Shown here: positions 54,736 to 64,000 of the stretch, in pieces | Numbering within the stretch: position 1 is the first letter of the stretch | Layout: the number at the start of each line of letters is the position of its first letter | NCBI RefSeq assembly: GCF_009914755.1 | Contig: NC_060929.1 | Length of the DNA stretch: 64,000 bases | Direction: 5' to 3' (one strand) | Origin: the human T2T-CHM13v2.0 reference genome, Homo sapiens | Translations under genes and position numbers: made by a program | The notes under the pieces: generated by a model | Databases searched by the model: none | What the model saw: only the letters and a program-made list of their open reading frames with translations | Told to the model about the DNA's origin: nothing

Positions 54736-55068
<333 letters not shown>

Positions 55069-55209
55069 CTATAGATGGTAACAATATGCCCATGATAAGT
55101 TCTGGGCAGCCAAGGGCAGTTGACAATACTGCAGGAATATATTATAAATTTGCCTATACACCCCATAGTCAGGTTCAGTAGTAAAATAATAACATTAGAC
55201 TAACATGAT

Positions 55210-56130
55210 AATTAATTTACTAAATATTTATTGGACATCGACTAAGTTAACAGAGATTCAAAGGGAAATAAGACAAGCTCTCTTTCTTGAATGAGCTTAC
55301 ATTTTAGCAGAAAAGAGGCATAATAAGCAAACAACTGATGAGCAATCTAATCAGGTGCCCTGGCCATGTACAGCACTAATTCTTCACGGCAAGAGAGAGG
55401 GAGTTGGAGAGAGCTAAAGATCAGGTCTTTGCTGAATAGACATGTTGCTGAAGGATATTCTAGGCAGAACAATGTCATTGTAGAGTGGGGGCTTTTAATG
55501 GGTAAGGCTCCGAGTGTGTGCCTTAGGAGTAAATACCTGTGTACATGTAGGAGGTATCTAGAGATAAGGCCAAATTCAAGCTGGGGAAAGTCTTAATCTT
55601 TCCAGGTGACATAATCCAACTTTTGCTTGGAAAGTTAACTCTGATAGAAATAAAGACAATGCAATGGCAAGAGTAGAGATTGGGGTCAGCAGTTGAGATA
55701 TTTTAGGTACAAACTGGAGCTCCAGACTGGAGAGGAGGCAGGAAGAGGTTTTGAGTCTGGCAAAGAGGGAGCCAATGGCAAGGTTTTCTTGGTAAATGTT
55801 GGAGAGTTTGTGGCAATAGCATCCAGAAGATTAAGGAAGTAAGAATGAGTAGTCTGTAAGAATGTGCTCTTCATTTAAGAAGTTTGGTCTTCGAAAGAGG
55901 CAGAGAGATGGGGATACTAGGCTTGAAAATGAGGCTGACAGGTGGAAGAAGCCTCTTTATTATTATAGGAGAGACATATAATATTTATAAACAGAAGGAA
56001 AGAGGTGACAGGGTGTCAGGATGCACAAGAAAGACAATAGCTAAATAATGAAGAAGGTTCCAGGAGAAGTAGAATGAGACCAATGTTACAGGTATCAGAG
56101 GTGGTCTTGGGAGGGATTTGAATGAGCTTT
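55210..56130 (-). mobile_element. L2 fragments
   Basis: 'aaatatttattg...aataagaca...gagcttacatt', followed by purine-rich L2-like sequence. Confidence 0.55.
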
Positions 56131-59100
56131 TTCTCTAATTAATAAAGGAAGGACAAATCAGTATTACTAAGAATAATCTCACTGACCTCCTCTGTTCTTT
56201 TCTTGCTTCTTTTTTGACTAAATAAATAGGAAGAAACTGTGAACTTTAAACATATAAGGCACTTGGGCTACAACATCAGACAGATATGAATAATACAAAC
56301 ACGTATATTTAAGAAATGAGGGAAAGTAAACAATTGGTGTGGATCATAGCTTGTGTTCCTCTTGTATTGTCAACCAGAAACACCAACTCACGTGTCAAGT
56401 CCAATTTCAACTCTGTAAGCCCCAGGAGGTACCATATTTACCTATTCTACCTCTCCATGGTCCTGAATTCATTTTACATTTTATTAAGGTTATGAGATTT
56501 ATCTTCTTTATTACAAGAACTTGCAAATCCCTTTCATAAAGTAGTGGATAAAACATGAATAAATACTGAGAATATTTTACAATCAGTCTAAATATGGGAG
56601 ATATGAGGCCATATCACTGATGACTAAAATGATCAAACCCTAGAAGAGAGACCATACGATCTCATGTTGAATCTGGGCTTCTTGAAAATACTAACAGGTC
56701 TTTAGATTCCAGCAGGCACCAGCCTAAGGGCTGAGGCAGCATGAGAGAGCACAGAGAATTACGTGGCACTCATAGCTCTGAGGGCTATTGTATGTCACGG
56801 TTTGCTTTAGCAATTCGATTAAGTCAAGTTCAGAGTCTTCGAAGACCATTTAACCTCAGCCCTAATTTGTTCCTCTCTCTGATGAAATTACCCATAATGC
56901 TAAAAGATAAATCCCCTCTTGATATCATCATGAATTGACTACATCCAAAAGTCAACAGAACTGACATGAAGTTTTGCATTGTCCTTTCTGAGAAACTAAG
57001 CGCTGGTATAAATCTCTAGACATGAAAAGACACAAGAAAATTATTTTTCAGAGTCTGTGATTAAACACACTACAAAAGTTCAGCCCTAACACTGAGACTT
57101 GTCTTGTAGAAGAGAGGTTTAGCTTTCCAATGAGAGGTTGTTGGAGCCCTTAAGAAAAAAATCAATTGTTATTGGAGAGAACCTTATATTTCAGCAAAGA
57201 AAATAGACTACAAGTGTTTATAGTGATATGAGAAGCCATAAATGCATTTTTGTTTGTCCTGAAACTGTAAGGAGAGAGGTTTTATTTTGCAAGAGACTCA
57301 AGATGACATCCCGAGGGCTGAAGAGAAAGCTTGACCATTATGCAAACAGTAGTACTCTCTAGCCATAGTCCTTCAGACAGGAGCGTGGCCTATTCACAGC
57401 AGAAGAATCTTATCACACTCTGAATAAAGGATGCATGTAACTTCTGCTTTCAAACATAACTCCACTGACTTACTAAGATTACTAAATGAGAATGGACATC
57501 CCTTTTTGGACCTTTTCCTGCCCTTTATTAGTAATATTGAGGTGGTTCTTTGTAGGTCTCTTTGGTGAGGTCTTTAAATGCTCCTTCCCCACCTAGGCCT
57601 TCTATTCTAATAATAATAAAATGGGAAGGCACTCTTGTATTTACTAACTTTTTATAGGAGCTAAAGTTCTCACTGGGCCATAATTGATAACCAAAACTGA
57701 ATGCTTAGCAATTAAATCCCTGATGAAAATATATAAATAAAAGCAGAAATATTATGAGCTTTTTTTTGTTTTTACTAAACTTCTGCCAGGTCTTGCAATG
57801 TTTTATGAAGAGATGCTGGCATATTCTATAAATCTCAACTGGCTATTGTCCAGGATAAATTATCAGCAACTCGTTGAAAGATCTCTGGCTTCTCCTTAGG
57901 AGAGACAGGGGAGGAAGAATCATTCTGGTTCATTCCAAGTCGTGCATTATACATTAAATTAAAATATATGTTTCACCCATTTAGCAGTCTGAATAATAAA
58001 AGCTGTATACAGCTGCAACATCTCTGCTCTATGCATTTTAATGACTGATTTGTGAATATACTAGAATTATAGCTGCTATTCAAATATTTTCCTATTTTAA
58101 GAAGTCACAAATCCCTCCCTTTAAAAATGCACAGACAAACAGTTTATAATCTTTTAATAATTTCCGCTAAAGAGTTTTATAGCTTAGGATATGTGGAAAT
58201 TATTTGTTTTAGAACCAGTAAATATAATGGGCTTGTCAATATGGTATTCAAATAACTGTCAAAATATTTGGAGTGTCTCCAATGAAGGGAACCTAGCTCA
58301 ATTTCTGCATTCAAATGAATTCTAAACAGAAAAAAGTGATATACAGTTCAAAAGGAAGCATTAGACTATAAAGCACCTTTCCATTTCTCCTAGGAATTAT
58401 GATCTACTGCTCAAATAGACTTTTAAATGGTTGCTGAGTTTTCAGAGGTTCATACTTAAATCAGTTTGAACTAGTTAAGTAGAGTCACAATTAGAATTGT
58501 AATTTCTTTTCTTTCTGTTTTTAACCAATTGTGAAGAAAACTAATAAAACTGGGAAATGAACATCTGCAACCTTTAATATGATAGTTAGGTCTTGGAAGG
58601 ATGAAACAATGCTTTATTAACCTCTGGAGTTTATTTTCCCAAACATAATGCCAGTTTAGATTTTGGAGCTCTGTACTTTTTATGTGATGTCTCATAAACC
58701 ATAAACCAGAAGATTCCTCTGATGGATTCAGAAAACCAGAAGATTTATATTCAACTCATAAGAAAAAAAAACCTGTTATGACGAAAGTAGCAATATCATA
58801 GCCTTAATTTCTCATCAAAACTTACAAAAATATCTATTGTTAAGCAACTAAAAGTTCACGATGCTTATGATCTGTGTAAGGAAATTCTCAGTAATTTACC
58901 ATTAATTCAGATGTCCATTTTTAGGTTGGGAAAGTGTCAGTAAAACATGAGGTTGTGTGGAATCTTAAGCAGAGCAGAGGACCGGAAGTAATCCCCTTTA
59001 TGTTTGTTCGTTTCAGCCTCAAATAACCCTCAGTCTCTCAACACTGCCCCTAGGATCTCATTTTACAAAGCATGGTTTCGAAGAAAACAATTTGAAGATT

Positions 59101-59265
59101 TTTTTAGACGCTAGAAAATAAAGTTTTATTTCTGAACGCATCTGTGGTTTGTAACACTGGTGATCCAAACTTCTTCCTAAGCAATTTTTTGCATCTGTTA
59201 ACTGACCTGAATGTCTGTTATGAGGATTAATTTAGGAAAACCCATTTCAAATTATTGTTCTAGAG

Positions 59266-59458
59266 CAGGGGTCAGCAAACATTTTCTGTAAAGGGCCAGA
59301 CAGTAGATAATTTGGACTTTGAGGACCCCTTGGGGATCCTCTCTGTCACAATTAGTCAACCTAGCCATTATAATGCAAAAGGAGCCATAGACAATATGGT
59401 GGAAACATAGATATGTGGCTGGTGGATGTTTTTCCATCGTCTTTAGTTTGCTGACCCT
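59266..59458 (+). mobile_element. MER58A (hAT-Charlie)
   Basis: TIRs 'caggggtcagcaaac' and 'gtttgctgaccct'. Perfect 8-bp TSD TTCTAGAG at 59258-59265 and 59459-59466. Confidence 0.88.
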
Positions 59459-59539
59459 TTCTAGAGCAGTGATTCTCAGTTGATGTTTGTGTGTGGCGAA
59501 GAAGGCACTTTGAGAATTTCATTGAGAAAAAAGGTCAAA

Positions 59540-59638
59540 AGACTTTACCACTATATTACAATCTAGGCAACTCACAAAATTACACTTGTACCCCATAAGT
59601 TTATACAAATGAAAAATAAATAAATCAAACAATAAAAA
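59540..59638 (+). mobile_element. Tiny L1PB/L1MA 3' terminus
   Basis: 'gactttaccact...cacttgtacccc..aa.tttatacaaat' followed by an A-rich tail. Confidence 0.6.
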
Positions 59639-59854
59639 CACTGAGAAAATTGAATTTAAAAAATAAATAGAATCTCTACTGGAAATTTTCATCATTTTTC
59701 CTTTTGAGAGTTATCTCCTTTTATTTTTTGGACCCAAATAATACTTTGGCGGGGTCTGTAGTTCAATAAAAATTGCACAAATAATATATGAAGGCCAGTA
59801 ACTATTTTTACTATTACTACATCATTATATTATATATTAAGATATATAATATAT

Positions 59855-60162
59855 AATAATATTCAACAGAAATATAATTTGAGGCACATATGTAAGTTCG
59901 AATTTTTCTAGCAGCTGCATTAAAAAGTTTTTTAAGGTAAATTTTTATATTGTATTTAGCACAATATATCAGAAATATTACCTTTTTACCACATAGTCAA
60001 TATTAAAAATTATTAATGAGATTTTTACACTCTATGTTTTGTAGCAAACCTTTGAAAGCTGGTGTGCATATTATACTTACAGTATATTTCAACTTGGACT
60101 AGTCACATTTCTCATGCTTAGTAGCCACATGTGGCTGGTGACTACCATATTAAATGGCATAG
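59855..60162 (+). mobile_element. MER33
   Basis: 'cagaaatataat..gaggcacatatgtaa...ggactagtcacattt...gtagccacatgtggctggtgactacc'. Confidence 0.8.
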
Positions 60163-60829
60163 GAAAAAATCAAATAATATGTTGCTTATGCTCAGTGGAT
60201 TGCATTCTGAGGACAAGTGAAGTAGGACATAGGACAGCTATCTCTTGCCCTCTAGAACACTGAACTTGGCAGCAGCCTCAGAAGCTTCGTAACACACATT
60301 TGGGGCAGTTGCCGCCAATCAAGAGAGCTGGCATGTAAGCTGAAACCTCTCTGCCAGTCAATTTAGGGAGTATAACATGAATTCTGCCACATAATTGATC
60401 ATTTGAAATCTCAGGACTCATTTCGAACAGTTATTTTCTTTTATTTGCCAAACACAGGTCAAAAAGTCCAAAGCCAGGAGAGACCAGAGAGATAGAAATG
60501 AGAGAATCCAGATGGGTTGAGCACAGTAGAAAATGATGGGACCATTGGTGGCAAATGGCAAATATAGGACCCTCTTCCAAGTAAACACATTCCAAAATTA
60601 AGCACTGTCATCTAACAAGACATATCTGCAAGACCACCACTGGCTGTACGGACCTATTAGTTTATAGTCTCTGGCCACTTACATTAAGCCTAAGGATGTG
60701 TCAGTATTCCAAAATAATTATCATTATTGGATTGCAAATCTTCCTTTCTCCTTTCATCTCCTGTTACTCCAGTTCCATTGCTGACTTGAGACATTCCCTC
60801 TGAATATTCTGTCTTCTCTCACCATACAC

Positions 60830-61000
60830 CATGCTCATTAATCCTCATAATGATATTATGGGTTTGTGCTATTGGTGTTCCATTTAACAGGCTGGGGAAT
60901 TGAAGCTCATAGATGTTAAGTAATTTACACAAATTCACATGGATCATTTCTGGCTGTACTAGGATTCATTCACAGGTCCGCTGATCTAAAATTTTGCCCA
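60830..61000 (-). mobile_element. MIR
   Basis: 'aatcctcataa...gaagctcatagatgttaagtaattt'. Confidence 0.6.
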
Positions 61001-63345
61001 TGTACGCTTCACATCTTCTTGCCTCTCATTGAACTACTTCATACAATCTCATCACTGTAAGAATAAATTACAATTATTTAAAAAATACTAAAATAACCCA
61101 TGAAACTTCTTATAATTGAACTTCCTACCTACTGACTCAATGAAGAAACCTGAAGTTAATTGAATATTCTTCTCAGATTCACTAGCACTGTATTTTTGGC
61201 TTTTGCATAAAATATTTGCTGTGTGCCTCTGTTCAGCCTGCTAGTTTCTCTTTAAAGGCCAGAGTCTTTTTTCAATCAATCATATTTATCAGCAAAACAC
61301 AGTTCATCTCACCAAAATAACCAGAGGACAAAGGTTGAGTTAAAAAGTTCTGGGCAAAAGCCCTTTGACCATAAATTAACAGCAGATTGGAAATTTGATT
61401 TTTTTCAAAAGTCATTAATCATAGCAATCCCTAGTAAACAGTAATAAATATTTGTGTGTAACTTCTTTATACATTAAAAATTATCAGATCAACCTAGCAC
61501 CAATTCATTCTGTTTGCTGGAATTTTTTTAAAGAATATCAACGTGTTTTTTTTTTTTAAATATATTCTGTGAACATTTTGATTGATTGGAAGTTAAAAGG
61601 AAGAGCAGGCTTTTTGCTTTCCTTGGGCTTAAGTCCTGTGAGGATGTCTCCAGAACTTCAAATAAGTCCCTCCAAGGGAGAGAAAAACCCAGCACTTAGC
61701 AACATGCAGCCTTAGTGCCTGGGGACTCCCTGTCACCTCACGTTGGAAAAGTGGCTGATGAACTATGCAGATCACGAAGATTGGGTAATAAAATCCCACC
61801 ACCATCAGACCAGGAAAATCTATTACTCACCTCTTCTATTAATAGAGTTAGAACTTCGATTTCACAGTGCAAAAAGCTCAGATTTATTTTGCTTACTTGA
61901 ATCTCAAAGCTTGAGTGGTCTCCGATTTGGGAAATGTAAATTCTGCTTCCCTTTAAACTAAATAATACTTCTATTTATAACACTTGTCATAGCCTCTACA
62001 CTCTTTTTTTGCATATAAAATGCTGCAATATATATACCTACTCTAATGTTTCTAGTAGGGGACGTTTAGCACAGTGATTTATTAGAAAATAGGAAAGAAA
62101 GAACCACGCTCACCTCTGGGGCAAGGAGGTGGGTGGGGAAACTTGCCCATTCTACCCCTTTATATATAAGAAGTGAAAAATCTGTCCTGTTCATTTGTAA
62201 ATTCACTTGGAACCTTTCTTCTTGTTGAGCTGTTTGATAACAGAAACGTGCTGAGATTTTTGTTTCAAGACAATTCCCATTTCTCAGAACTCCCCCTACT
62301 TTTTCTGTAACTATCATTCAGGAAAACGGGAATAGCAGCTTAAACAGTTAATAGTCAATTCCAGCTCCCATTTTTATGAGTGAAAGACAGTTTCTCTCTT
62401 AAGATGGTAACAGTTAAATGCAAAACTAATCTAACCAGCCATTGGGTGGCACTGTTGCTCCACTGAATTCTTGGTTAAAGAGCATTTCTCTTATACTAAA
62501 AAAGGGAGGCGAAGCGAAACCCTGATTGTGCCTTAAGGAAAGTAGCATTGTTTAAATGGGAAAACTGACTTTCCCCTGTTTCTTTGATTCTTTCTATCTA
62601 GTAAACATTCTTTGACCCAGAAATGACAACTACTTGTCATTGTCCGTATTCGAATGGAAATATTAATTGTTTGATGGGTGCTACCTGGAGTCTTGTGTTG
62701 AGAAGGATTCTGAGGCCGCATCCAAGACAATGGAGAGAATGTTATGGATTGATTAGCAATATTGGCTGTGGGTATGGAATATTGGAGTGGTGACATGCTT
62801 GTCATTCTTGCTTGAGACTACATTTTGAACTCCTTGTGCTGATGGCCTTGGTATAAATTCTGCACTTTCACTGGGGCTAGAATGGAGAATATGTGGTTAG
62901 AACAGAAAGAAAAATGTTAGAGTAAGTTAAGCGATATGTTAGACTCAGGATATTAGAGCATATTGTTCATCCCTGATAATGTGAACATGACCTGAATTAT
63001 AAGTGCCCTCTTTTCTTACCTACTTGATCTAAGCCAGAGTTTTAAGATTATGAGAAAATGATGTCATTACCACAAGAAGGATAATCATTTTGGATTGGCT
63101 GTCCACAGAAGGTGAAGGTCAAAACAAATTGTTTTCATCACAACATCAGAAACCTGGAAGCCCAACTATATATTCAGCACAGAGTTAATGATGCCATGCT
63201 TATTTGATTTCAAATCTATTATGGTTTTTAAATTTACCATGAAAGAGCTATGACTGCCATGTATGTATGATTTTGCGAGTATATTAAGCTTTCTCCAGCT
63301 CTCTAAAAACCTTACAATATTCCTTGACACTGGGGCGTTTATTGA

Positions 63346-63560
63346 ACGTGCTATGCAAAAGAGTTTTCTGTGATAATAAAAGCCTTCCATATTTGTGCTG
63401 CCCAATAAGATAATCACTAGCCATTTGTGGTTACTGAGCACTTCAAATGTGGCCAGTGTGATTGAGGAACTGGATTTTACGTTTTTATGTAATTTAAATT
63501 TATTTACATTTAAATGTAAATAGCCAAATGTGTCCACTAGCTTCTTTATTGAACAGTAAA
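63346..63560 (+). mobile_element. MER3 (hAT-Charlie)
   Basis: 'cactagccatttgtggttactgagcacttcaaatgtggccagtgtgattgaggaactg'. Confidence 0.85.
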
Positions 63561-63654
63561 GTTCTAGCCACTTCAGAAATTATGAACTCTGGGATTTGGA
63601 GGCTGCACAGTCTATCAAACCACATGACCTTCACACAGGCACAATTATATCCAA

Positions 63655-63800
63655 TAGAATAGTTAAGGCTTATTGAGCATTCACTATGTGTACTGCACTG
63701 TTCTTAACATTTTACTTATTTAATCTTCCCAACAACTTATGTAGAAATACCCTTGTCCCCATTTTACAGATGAGAAAATTTATAACAAAGTGATATCTGC
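63655..63800 (-). mobile_element. MIR
   Basis: 'tattgagcattcactatgtg...ccccattttacagatgagaaa'. Confidence 0.8.
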
Positions 63801-64000
63801 TAAAATGTAGATAGATGCCCAACTGGGATACATTGGTCCTGTGTGCTGGCTGAGGTTTGGTTTCTCTTTCAACTAATACTGTCTAAATGTGTATTCATTG
63901 TTTGTTTAGGAAGGAATTTGAGCTCATGGATGGAAAGGCAGAGAAAGATGGCCCTGGCCGTCTCAGGTCCTCTCTGCAAAACAAGAATCCTCTTTAGAAG

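Noticed and set aside
57640-57745. TACTAAC plus acceptor plus downstream AATAAA as a terminal exon
   Set aside because: The branch point is only ~10 nt from the AG, which is too close, and AATAAA is common in this window.
62438-62452. CTCF-like CCATTGGGTGGCAC
   Set aside because: It has mismatches at core positions and cannot be supported without data.

Overview
This window is AT-rich, CpG-poor primate non-coding DNA, almost certainly human, because it carries an AluYa5 with all five diagnostic positions. I found no convincing cellular protein-coding gene, RNA gene or CRISPR array. The long ORFs in the track come from L1 ORF2, Alu or LTR sequence. Much of the window is interspersed repeat: 9 Alus, 6 L1PA and several older L1M fragments, 7 solo or partial LTRs (MLT1, LTR1, LTR40), many hAT and TcMar DNA-transposon relics, and MIR/L2. 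All six L1PA copies and six of the seven LTRs are on the minus strand. Together with a few strong plus-strand splice-site pairs, this suggests the window lies in an intron of a plus-strand transcription unit, which I cannot identify. Main observations: (i) an L1 inserted exactly at the AATAAA of an LTR1, creating a 211-codon LTR::ORF2p C-terminal fusion ORF just downstream of the LTR TATA box; (ii) similar insertions at the TATA boxes of an LTR40 and an MLT1A; (iii) four L1s with twin-priming inversions, of very different ages; (iv) two short candidate 3' transductions; (v) several compact transcription-factor motif clusters. The sequence alone does not show a new biological system; these are hypotheses. 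Repeat subfamily names come from my recall of consensus sequences, and the boundaries of old repeats are approximate.
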